From positions 3,808,001-3,872,000 of the forward strand of contig OZ252299.1 in NCBI GenBank assembly GCA_965250285.1: a stretch of DNA of 64,000 bases. Direction: 5' to 3'. The stretch is from Myxococcota bacterium. Lineage in GTDB: Bacteria; Myxococcota_A; UBA9160; UBA4427. Position numbers and translations under genes: made by a program. The notes beneath the pieces were generated by a model. The model was not told where the DNA came from. It saw nothing but the letters and a program-made list of their open reading frames with translations, and did no database searches. Shown piece after piece: positions 54,646 to 63,000 of this stretch; within the stretch, counting starts at the first letter, position 1; each line of letters opens with the position of its first letter.

Positions 54646-55455
54646 CTAGCGACCCGTGAAACGGGGTGCGCGCTTCTCGAAGATGGCGCGGACTGCCTCG
54701 CGCCCGTCTTCGCTCGTGAGCGCGCGAGCGGCGAGTCGAATCTCGTCGCGCAGGTGTTGCTCGAGATCCGCGAGCATTCCCGCACGCGTGACGAGCCGCT
54801 TCGTCTGACGTGCCGCCATTGGAGCGATCTCGGCGATCTCATTGCAACGTTCGTGGAACGCCCGATCGAACGACGCTTGCGGCACCACCTCGCCCACGAG
54901 CCCGAGAGCGAATGCTGCTTCTGCTTCAGTCATACGCGGACGAAGCAGGAAGCGCATCGCCTGCTCGTGCCCGATCAGCTGCGGCAAGGTCCAGGACAAG
55001 CCACAATCGGGTGAGCTTCCGGCGCGCGCGTAGCCGGGGTGAAAACGTGCGCGAGGACTCGCGACCCGGATGTCGGCGCACATGGCCAGGGCGAGACCTG
55101 CCCCGATCGCGATCCCGTCGATGCCTGCGATGACCGGCTTCTCGCAGTCGACTCGAATGCCCGAGACCAGACGAACGACTTGATCCTCTGTACTCGGGCG
55201 TCCCTCAGCGATCGCACCGCGAGGTCGTCGCTCCTTCAGATCCGCACCGGCGCAGAACGAATCCCCTGCCCCCAGCAAGCCCACGACGCGAATTTCACCG
55301 TCGGCCGCAGCGGCCGCGATGCCAGCGATCAACGCCTCGACGAGATCGCTCGAGAGCGCGTTCTTCTGCTCGGGGCGATTCAGAGTCAAGATTCGGACAC
55401 GGTTGACTGTCTCTTCGAGCAGTACCTCGGCGTCTTGCGCATCGATCGTCGCCAT
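54646..55455 (-). CDS. Crotonase-family enoyl-CoA hydratase/isomerase
   Basis: LNRPEQKNAL, FCAGADL, KPVIAGIDG, PDCG, FEKRAPRFTGR. Confidence 0.9.
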   Translation of the reverse strand: MATIDAQDAEVLLEETVNRVRILTLNRPEQKNALSSDLVEALIAGIAAAAADGEIRVVGLLGAGDSFCAGADLKERRPRGAIAEGRPSTEDQVVRLVSGIRVDCEKPVIAGIDGIAIGAGLALAMCADIRVASPRARFHPGYARAGSSPDCGLSWTLPQLIGHEQAMRFLLRPRMTEAEAAFALGLVGEVVPQASFDRAFHERCNEIAEIAPMAARQTKRLVTRAGMLADLEQHLRDEIRLAARALTSEDGREAVRAIFEKRAPRFTGR

Positions 55456-55476
55456 GCTGCCCTCCGCCCGTTGCGA

Positions 55477-56526
55477 TTATGCCAGCCGGTCGCGGCTGCC
55501 CGAAAGCTCCGCCAGCAGCTCGAGCCCCTCGACCTGCTTGCACGACAGCGTCAGGCCGGTCGCGCCGCTGCCCTCCCACTCGCGGAAGCGCTCGCGAATG
55601 CGCTGCGGCGGCCCGATCAACGCCTGCTCGTCGCAGAACTCGTTCGGCACGGCGTCGATCGCCTCGCGCTTGCGACCCGCGAGGTAGAGCTCCTGGATCT
55701 TCTGGGCCGCCTCGGGGAAGCCGCGGCGCACCATCATGTCGTTGTGGAAGTTCTTGTTGCGATGGCCCATGCCACCGACATAGAGGGCGATGCCGGGCTT
55801 CATGCGGTCGAAGGCCTGCTCGATCTCGTCCGTGACCAGCACGGTGACGCCGGGCTGGATCTCGAAGTCGTCGAGGCTCTTGCTGCCGCCCGCTCGACGG
55901 AACCCCTCCTCGAGCCACGGCCGGTAGAGATCCATCATGCCCGGGACGAAGGCGAGCGGGAACCAGCCGTCGGCGATCTCGGCCGTGAGCTTGACGTTGC
56001 TCTCGGTGCCCGTGCCGAGCCAGATCGGGATCTTCGGATTCATGTGCAGGATCGACTTGAGCGGCTTGCCGATCCCCATCGCTCCGTCGCCGGTGAACGG
56101 CAGCGAGATCTCTTCACCGTCGTGCTCGACCGGATCCTCGCGTTCGAAGATCTTGCGCATGATCGAGACGTAGTCGCGAATGCGGTAGTAGGGTCGGCCC
56201 CAGGGCTGGCCATACCAGCCCTCGACGATCTGGGGCCCGCTGACGCCCAGCCCGGCTACGAAGCGGTCGCCACCCGCGAGCGCATCGATCGTCGCCGCCT
56301 GCATCGCCGCCATGGCCGGCGTGCGCCCGGCGAGCTGCATGATCGACGTCCCGAGTCGGATCCGCTTCGTGACGGCGGCGAGAAAGGCGAGCGGCGACGT
56401 CGCGTCGGAGCCGTAGGCCTCGGCCGTCCACACCGAGTCGAAGCCCAGGGCCTCGGCCTTCTGGACGAGTTCGACGGGCAGCTTCATCTCGGCGCCCGAG
56501 TAGCCGAGCATCAGACCGAGCTTCAT
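55477..56526 (-). CDS. LLM-class F420-dependent oxidoreductase (Rv3520c-like)
   Basis: GFDSVWTAEAYGSDA, RTPAMAAM, GLGVSGPQIVEGWYG, LYVGGMG..KNFH. Confidence 0.88.
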   Translation of the reverse strand: MKLGLMLGYSGAEMKLPVELVQKAEALGFDSVWTAEAYGSDATSPLAFLAAVTKRIRLGTSIMQLAGRTPAMAAMQAATIDALAGGDRFVAGLGVSGPQIVEGWYGQPWGRPYYRIRDYVSIMRKIFEREDPVEHDGEEISLPFTGDGAMGIGKPLKSILHMNPKIPIWLGTGTESNVKLTAEIADGWFPLAFVPGMMDLYRPWLEEGFRRAGGSKSLDDFEIQPGVTVLVTDEIEQAFDRMKPGIALYVGGMGHRNKNFHNDMMVRRGFPEAAQKIQELYLAGRKREAIDAVPNEFCDEQALIGPPQRIRERFREWEGSGATGLTLSCKQVEGLELLAELSGSRDRLA

Positions 56527-56581
56527 GGGACGTCACCTCGTCGGCATCGCCTTCGCCCGACTCGCACGCGCGAGCCGGCGG

Positions 56582-57856
56582 CTAAGCGGCCTCACTCAAC
56601 CGATAGCGAATCGGCAGCTCCTTCAGACCGACCACGAAGCTCGACACGATCTGCGCCGGATCGCCGGCGAGCTCGAGCGACTCGACGCGCGCGATCAGTT
56701 CGCGCAGCAACGCGCGCTGGGACATGCGCGCGAGGTGGGCGCCGAGACAGAAGTGCTCCCCGATCCCGAACGCGAGGTGGCGGTTCGGGCTTCGGTCGAC
56801 GCGAAAGCTGTAGGGGTCGTCGAAGACCGACTCGTCGCGGTTCGCCGACGCGTAGAAGAGCACGAGGTTGTCGTCCTTCTTCAGCTTCTGACCGCGAAAC
56901 TCGGTGTCCTCGGCGACGACGCGCTTCATGTAGTTGACCGGTGTCGTCCACCGAAGGATCTCTTCGACGGCCGAATCGACGAGTTCGGGGTTGCGGCGCA
57001 GCTTCTCGAACTCGGCCGGGTTCTCGGCGAGGGCGAGTATGCCGCTCGCCAGCGCGTTCTTCGTGGTGTCGTGACCTGCCGTGAACGTGATGAGGTAGTA
57101 GCCGAGCGTGTCCATCAGGTTCATCGGCTCGCCGTTCACCCGAGCGTTCGCGAGCACGCTGGCGAGATCCTCGGTCGGATGGGCCCGTCGATCTTCGATG
57201 ATCGCGTTGAAGAGCTGAACGAACTCCATGATCATCGCCTGCACCGCCTCGCTGCGATCGTCGCCCTTGCGCTGCAGGTCGGGGTCGTCCGAGGCGAAGA
57301 GCTCGTTCGTCAGACGGAGCAGCTGCGGCTCCTTCTCGCGCGGCACGCCAATGATCGTCGACAGGATGCGCAGCGGATGCGCCGCCGCGATCTCGTTCGC
57401 GAACTCGCACAGCCCCTCTCGACCGCTCGCTCGCTCGACGAGCCCGGCGACCAGGTCGCGCGCGCTCTCCTGCACGATCGCATCGACCCGGTCGATGGCG
57501 CGCGGCGTGAACCACGGCGAGGCGACCTTGCGAAAGTCGCGATGCTCGGGTGGATCCATCACGATGATTGCGCGCATCTGGCCCGCGGCCTGGTTCGCCT
57601 CGGCGAACTTCTTCTGGGCGGCGCTCTCGAGCACGATGCCGAAGCGACTGAGGAAGAGGTCGGGTCGCTTCGACACCTCGCAGATGTGATCGTGCCGCAC
57701 GACGGCATGGAAGGGATCGAAGCCGTCCGGTGCGCAGGCGTGCAGATGATCGAGGGCGCGCAGGGCCCGGAACCGTTCGTGGGGGACGCCCTGCTCGCCG
57801 TAGGCGATGGGCGAGATGAGATCGAAGCCATCGGTGTCGGCAGGATCGGCGGTCAC
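56582..57856 (-). CDS. Cytochrome P450 (paralog of 43442-44698)
   Basis: SD GAGGAGG before GTG 57856; MDPPEH, AGHDTT, EEILR, FGIGEHFCLG. Confidence 0.95.
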   Translation of the reverse strand: MTADPADTDGFDLISPIAYGEQGVPHERFRALRALDHLHACAPDGFDPFHAVVRHDHICEVSKRPDLFLSRFGIVLESAAQKKFAEANQAAGQMRAIIVMDPPEHRDFRKVASPWFTPRAIDRVDAIVQESARDLVAGLVERASGREGLCEFANEIAAAHPLRILSTIIGVPREKEPQLLRLTNELFASDDPDLQRKGDDRSEAVQAMIMEFVQLFNAIIEDRRAHPTEDLASVLANARVNGEPMNLMDTLGYYLITFTAGHDTTKNALASGILALAENPAEFEKLRRNPELVDSAVEEILRWTTPVNYMKRVVAEDTEFRGQKLKKDDNLVLFYASANRDESVFDDPYSFRVDRSPNRHLAFGIGEHFCLGAHLARMSQRALLRELIARVESLELAGDPAQIVSSFVVGLKELPIRYRLSEAA

Positions 57857-57891
57857 GAAACCTCCTCGATCGCGGGCGCTGGATCGCCTCA

Positions 57892-57905
57892 ATTAGTATC
57901 ATAGT
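57892..57905. promoter_or_regulatory. Candidate FadR operator, copy 2
   Basis: ATTAGTATCATAGT between the divergent P450 and CoA ligase genes; 13/14 identical to 50466-50479. Confidence 0.65.
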
Positions 57906-57944
57906 TTCGAGTGATCGCATAGATCGAAACAGAGGGAGACGCGC

Positions 57945-59507
57945 GTGTATCCGGGACACCACGCAGCGACCACACCCGACAAGCCGGCGGCGATCCTCGC
58001 TCGCACCGGCGAGGTGCTGACCTACGCGGAGCTCGATGCGCGGTCGAATCGCCTCGCCCAGCTGCTCCATGCGCAGGGACTGCGTCGCGGCGATCATGTC
58101 GCCGTCTTCCTCGAGAACCAGCTGCGCTACTTCGAGGTCGCGTGGGCCGCGTTTCGCTCGGGCCTCTATCTCACGACGGTCAATCGCTACCTGACGGGCC
58201 CCGAGGCGGGCTACATCGTCGACGATTGCGGCGCTCGGGTGCTCGTGTCGTCTCGCGCCGTCCACGCCGCAACGGCAGAGATCCCCGCACTCGCGCCGGG
58301 CTGCGAACGCTTCCTCGTGATCGACGGCGTCCCTGACATGGCCTCGGATCGATTCGAGTCGTACGAGGCCGCGCTCGAGCGACACCCCGCCGAGCCGCTC
58401 GACGAGGAGCCTCTGGGCGAGCTGATGCTCTACAGCTCGGGCACGACGGGTCGACCAAAAGGCATCACGCGAAAGCTCGCGAACAAGTCGGTCACCCGGG
58501 GCCTCGCCATGGGGATCACCCTGAAGAGCCTCTTCGAGGTCGACGGCCAGAGCATCTACCTCTCTCCCGCGCCGATGTACCACTCGGCACCCATCGGTTT
58601 CACGACCGGCGTCCAGTCACTCGGGGGCACGGTCGTCTTGATGGAGCGCTTCGATGCCGCCGCCGCACTCGAGGCGATCGAGCGATACCGGGTCACCCAC
58701 AGCCAGTGGGTGCCCACCATGTTCTCGCGCATGCTGAAGCTGCCCGAAGCCGAGCGCACGCGTTTCGATCTGTCGTCGCATCGCGTCGCCGTTCACGCGG
58801 CCGCGCCCTGCCCCCGCAAGGTGAAAGAGGAGATGTTCGGCTGGTGGGGCCCGATCCTCTACGAGTACTACGGCGGCACGGAGCTGAACGGCTTGACCTT
58901 CGTGGGCCCACAGGCCTGGCTCGAACACCCGGGGACCGTCGGCAAGGCCGTGATGGGAAAGCTGCACATCTGCGACGAGGCAGGCCAGGAGCTGCCGAAG
59001 GGCGAGCCGGGCCTGGTCTACTTCGAGCGCGAGCGCGTGACGTTCTCGTACCACAACGACGAGAAGAAGACGCGCAGCGCGCAGCACCCGGTGCACCCGA
59101 CCTGGACGGCGCTCGGCGACGTCGGGTACCTCGACGATGACGACTATCTGTACCTGACCGACCGCGCATCTTTCATGATCATCTCGGGGGGCGTCAACAT
59201 CTACCCGCAAGAGATCGAGAACGAGCTGATCATGCACCCGAAGGTCGAGGACGTCGCCGTGATCGGTGTACCGAATGCCGAGTTCGGTGAAGAGGTGAAG
59301 GCGGTCGTGCAGCCCGTCGCCGGAGCCGAGCCGGGCCAAGCCCTCGCCGACGAGCTGCTCGAGTTTGCTCGCGAGCGCCTGGCGGCGTACAAATGTCCGC
59401 GATCGATCGACTTCGAGGTCGAGCTGCCGCGGCTGCAGACCGGCAAGCTCTACAAGCGGCTCCTCAAGGATCGCTACTGGGGCGAGAAGCACAGCCGCAT
59501 CGTCTGA
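57945..59507 (+). CDS. Acyl-CoA synthetase (AMP-forming)
   Basis: YSSGTTGRPKG, EYYGGTE, GDVGYLD, IISGGVNIYPQEIE, TGKL. Confidence 0.93.
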   Translation: MYPGHHAATTPDKPAAILARTGEVLTYAELDARSNRLAQLLHAQGLRRGDHVAVFLENQLRYFEVAWAAFRSGLYLTTVNRYLTGPEAGYIVDDCGARVLVSSRAVHAATAEIPALAPGCERFLVIDGVPDMASDRFESYEAALERHPAEPLDEEPLGELMLYSSGTTGRPKGITRKLANKSVTRGLAMGITLKSLFEVDGQSIYLSPAPMYHSAPIGFTTGVQSLGGTVVLMERFDAAAALEAIERYRVTHSQWVPTMFSRMLKLPEAERTRFDLSSHRVAVHAAAPCPRKVKEEMFGWWGPILYEYYGGTELNGLTFVGPQAWLEHPGTVGKAVMGKLHICDEAGQELPKGEPGLVYFERERVTFSYHNDEKKTRSAQHPVHPTWTALGDVGYLDDDDYLYLTDRASFMIISGGVNIYPQEIENELIMHPKVEDVAVIGVPNAEFGEEVKAVVQPVAGAEPGQALADELLEFARERLAAYKCPRSIDFEVELPRLQTGKLYKRLLKDRYWGEKHSRIV

Positions 59508-59547
59508 GACCGCGACGCGCTCGTCGCGGCGCACGAGGGAGCCACCG

Positions 59548-60372
59548 ATGCCGCCCAGCGATCTGCACGTCGAACCGGTCGAAGGGCCCCTCGGTGTCGT
59601 CGTCGAGGGCATCGATCTGAGCGAGCCGATCGAGTCGTCGCGCATCGACGAGCTCCGCCGGCTGCTCTTCGAGCATCAGGTGCTCTTCTTTCGCGATCAG
59701 CCGCTCGATGACGAGGCGCACCTGCGCTTCGCTTCGTGTTTCGGCAAGCCGAACGTCTACCCGGTCAACGAAATGATCGGCCGCCACGAGCCCCTCGAGA
59801 TCGTGCGGGATGGCCCCGACCGCAGGCCGACGGCCGCGGGGTGGCACACCGACGTCACGTGGCTCCCCGATCCCCCGAAGATCGGCATGCTCAACGCGCA
59901 GGTCATCCCAGAGAGCGGGGGCGATACGCTCTGGTGCAGCCTCTACTCGCTCTACGATGCCCTGCCCGAGGCCGAGCGAGACGCGCTGCGTGACCGGATC
60001 GTCCACAACGAGCCCGGCCCGGTCTTCGTCGAGCTCGTGATCAAGACGATCGATGAGCGCCTCGTCGAGCCCTTCCTCGAGCGCTACGGCGCGGGCGCGC
60101 AACACCCGCTGATCCGCGAGCACGACGTGACGGGGCGTCCACTGCTCTACCTGTGCGGCGGCTTCATGGATCACATCATCGGGATGGAGCGCGACGCCGG
60201 GCGCGACCTGCTGCGCCGCTTGACCGAGCAGGCGGACGACCCCTCTCACCACATTCGCTGGCACTGGCGGGTCGGCGACGTCGCGCTCTGGGACGAGCGC
60301 TCGACCATGCACCGCGTCGACGCTTCGCACTGGCCCGAACCCAGGCGCATGCGGCGCTGCACCGTCAGCTGA
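59548..60372 (+). CDS. TauD/TfdA-family Fe(II)/2-oxoglutarate dioxygenase (AtsK-like)
   Basis: HQVLFFRDQ, WHTDVTW (HxD), GGDTLW, HPLIREH, WDERSTMH, RRMRR. Confidence 0.9.
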   Translation: MPPSDLHVEPVEGPLGVVVEGIDLSEPIESSRIDELRRLLFEHQVLFFRDQPLDDEAHLRFASCFGKPNVYPVNEMIGRHEPLEIVRDGPDRRPTAAGWHTDVTWLPDPPKIGMLNAQVIPESGGDTLWCSLYSLYDALPEAERDALRDRIVHNEPGPVFVELVIKTIDERLVEPFLERYGAGAQHPLIREHDVTGRPLLYLCGGFMDHIIGMERDAGRDLLRRLTEQADDPSHHIRWHWRVGDVALWDERSTMHRVDASHWPEPRRMRRCTVS

Positions 60373-60432
60373 GTCGACTCTCGGGCGCTCGGCGCGAAGG
60401 CCGATCGCCCGTCGCGGTCGACGGTCCGGCGC

Positions 60433-61104
60433 TCAGCGCGGCGGCAAGTCGCCCTCCATGATCGCGATCGACTCCTTGCGCGTGACGAGCTTGTTGATCG
60501 CGTATGCCTTTCCGGGGAGCTTCGAAAGATCTCCGGCGATCGCGCATGCCCGATCGATCGCCTTTCCCTCCGCAACGACCTCATCGAGAAAGCCGGCTTC
60601 GACCGCGCCCTCGGCCTCGTAGACCCGCGACTGCACGATGGACGGGATCCAGAGCTGCCGTGACAGGCGCGCCTTGAGCGGCTCGAGCGACCACGGGCCG
60701 AGCCCCATGCCCATCTTGGTCTCGGTCATGCCGATCTTGAACTTGCCCTCTTCGCCGATGCGGGTATCGCAGGAGCAGAGCCAGATTGCGCCGATCGTGA
60801 ACGCGTGGCCGGTGCACGCCGCGACCAGCGGCTTGCCCATCGACCAGAGGCGCAGCGCGAGCTGCCCACCCGCCTGCCCGAGCGCCATGGCCGCCTTCAT
60901 GTCGCCGCCCGTCATCGTGGCCAGGTCGAACCCGGCGCAGAACGAGCCGGGCCGGCCGGCGAAGACGATGGCCTTGGCGTCGGCCTCGGCCTTGTCGAAG
61001 GCGACGTGCAGGTCGGCCAGAGCTTCGTGGGTGATGGCGTTCTTCTTGCCGTCGTCCATGGTGATCAGGGCGACGTCGTCCTGGAGGTCGATCGAGACGT
61101 CCAT
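60433..61104 (-). CDS. Short crotonase-family protein
   Basis: MDDGKKNAI, FCAGFDL, KPLVAACTGHA, IGMTETKMG. Confidence 0.87.
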   Translation of the reverse strand: MDVSIDLQDDVALITMDDGKKNAITHEALADLHVAFDKAEADAKAIVFAGRPGSFCAGFDLATMTGGDMKAAMALGQAGGQLALRLWSMGKPLVAACTGHAFTIGAIWLCSCDTRIGEEGKFKIGMTETKMGMGLGPWSLEPLKARLSRQLWIPSIVQSRVYEAEGAVEAGFLDEVVAEGKAIDRACAIAGDLSKLPGKAYAINKLVTRKESIAIMEGDLPPR

Positions 61105-61143
61105 GGTTCTTCTCCTTGCGGGCCACGGATGGGCCCGGGCGAG

Positions 61144-62121
61144 TCAGCCGCGCAGAAAGCCGCCCAGGCGCTCGTCGATGATCTGCTGGGCCTCGGTCAT
61201 GATGCGGTCGATGAGCTCCTGGCACGTCGGAATGTCGTGGATGAGACCGGCGACCATGCCGCACGACCACGCACCGGCCTCCATCTCACCATCGGTCATG
61301 ATGCGCGGGTACACGCCGGCCACCTCGGGCAGGATGTCCTTGAACTCGAGCTCGGCGCCGAGCTCGCGCTCCTTGGTGAGCAGGCGCTCGACGGCTTCGT
61401 TCGTCAACACGCGCTCGGTGTTGCGAAGCGGTCGCATGATGAGACGCGTATCGAGCTCGGAGGCGGCCACGATCGCCGCCTTGACGTTGTCATGCACGGG
61501 CGCCTCCTTCGTGGCGATGAAGCGCGTGCCCATGTTCATGCCCTGCGCCCCCATTGCGAGCGACGCAACGAGCGAACGACCGTCGGCCATGCCGCCCGAG
61601 GCCACGAAGGGGATCTCGAGCTCGTCCGCCGCACGGGGCAGCAGGATCATGTTGGGGATGTCGTCTTCGCCGGGGTGTCCGCCGCACTCGAAGCCATCGA
61701 CCGACGCGGCGTCGCAGCCCAGGCGCTGTGCTTTCAGCGCGTGACGCACCGACGTGCACTTGTGGATGATCTTGATCCCGGCGTCCTTGAGAATCGGCAG
61801 CACCTGCTCGGGGTTTCGGCCTGCCGTCTCGACGACGGGCACGCCCCCCTCGACGATTGCCTTTGCGTAGGCCGGATAGTCGGGAGCCTGCAGCGCCGGC
61901 AGGAACGTCAGGTTCACACCGAAGGGCTTGTCGGTCATGTCCTTGCAGCGCGCGATCTCGTTCGCGAGGTCGTCGGCCGATCGCTGGGTGAGCCCCGTGA
62001 TGATGCCGAGGCCACCGGCGTTCGACACCGCCGCGGCCATCTCGGCAAAGCCGACGTAGTGCATACCGCCCTGGATGATCGGATGCTCGATGCCGAACAT
62101 CTCCGTGATCGCCGTCTTCAT
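61144..62121 (-). CDS. Nitronate monooxygenase / FabK-like flavin oxidoreductase
   Basis: PIIQGGM, AVSNAGGLG, DGFECGGHPG, ASGG, MGTRF. Confidence 0.9.
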   Translation of the reverse strand: MKTAITEMFGIEHPIIQGGMHYVGFAEMAAAVSNAGGLGIITGLTQRSADDLANEIARCKDMTDKPFGVNLTFLPALQAPDYPAYAKAIVEGGVPVVETAGRNPEQVLPILKDAGIKIIHKCTSVRHALKAQRLGCDAASVDGFECGGHPGEDDIPNMILLPRAADELEIPFVASGGMADGRSLVASLAMGAQGMNMGTRFIATKEAPVHDNVKAAIVAASELDTRLIMRPLRNTERVLTNEAVERLLTKERELGAELEFKDILPEVAGVYPRIMTDGEMEAGAWSCGMVAGLIHDIPTCQELIDRIMTEAQQIIDERLGGFLRG

Positions 62122-62202
62122 CTCAATCTTCTCCTCGTCTTCGTGGTCACGTGAGGGCGCAAGAGTGGGGGTGATCGGAGAGCGCGTCGCGCTCGCGATG
62201 GG

Positions 62203-62829
62203 TCAACGCGGCTCGGACTCGTTCGGGCGCGCCTTCGCGTCAGGCGCTCGGGTCGCGCGATGCCTGCGGCCGGCCAGCCTGGGGCTGACCCAGGGCGCCT
62301 CTCCCGGCGTGCGCGCGCGCTTGGGCCAGCCGGGACCGGCCACGATCTCGAGGTCGGTGGCGTCGATCGGCTGGCCATCGGCATCGACCGCCACGAGCCC
62401 CGCGACTTCGCGACCGGTGCTGCGCTCGCGAAACTTCGCGGGTACCGCCGATTCGCCGAAGATCCACTTGTCGCCCCAGAGGCGCAGCGCCGTGATCGGG
62501 ATCCACAGATCGCGCCCCTTCCGCGTCAGGCGGTAGGCGTAGCGCTGACCGGGCTCGTCGAGCCGCTCCTTTTCCATGATGCCGTCGCGCACGAGGCGAC
62601 CGAGCCGATCGGAGAGCACGTTCTTCGCAATGCCGAGGTTCGACTCGAACTGCTGGAATCGCGTCGCGCCGAGCAGCGCATCGCGCACGATGAGCATCGT
62701 CCACCAGTCGCCGAGCTGCTCGAGCGCCTGGGCGACGCCGCAGTTCATCCGGTCGAAGCGGGTGCGCGACATGAGCAGGGGGCCTCCGCGCCGGGGCAGG
62801 CCCTCTCGGGCGCGCTCGGCGCTGGACAT
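62203..62829 (-). CDS. HxlR-family winged-helix regulator
   Basis: CGVAQALEQLGDWWTMLIVRD, RFQQF, LSDRL, YRLTRKGRDL, WGD; start may be 62772. Confidence 0.9.
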   Translation of the reverse strand: MSSAERAREGLPRRGGPLLMSRTRFDRMNCGVAQALEQLGDWWTMLIVRDALLGATRFQQFESNLGIAKNVLSDRLGRLVRDGIMEKERLDEPGQRYAYRLTRKGRDLWIPITALRLWGDKWIFGESAVPAKFRERSTGREVAGLVAVDADGQPIDATDLEIVAGPGWPKRARTPGEAPWVSPRLAGRRHRATRAPDAKARPNESEPR

Positions 62830-62832
62830 TAC

Positions 62833-62875
62833 AGGTTGCTTGAAGCAACCTACGAGACGACGCGCGCCCCGTCAA
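62833..62875 (-). promoter_or_regulatory. HxlR gene promoter with overlapping perfect palindrome
   Basis: Minus strand TTGACG (62875-62870), 17 bp, TAGGTT (62852-62847); AGGTTGCTT-G-AAGCAACCT at 62833-62851. Confidence 0.75.
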
Positions 62876-63000
62876 CCACCAGCCACAGGCGACCCTCGCA
62901 GGTCGTCTGCTGGCGACGCGCGCCCCTTGCCTGATAGCGTCGAGCTGCGCCGGCCCATCTGGAGCGACACACGACCGTGCCCTCTCTCCCGACTCGATCC

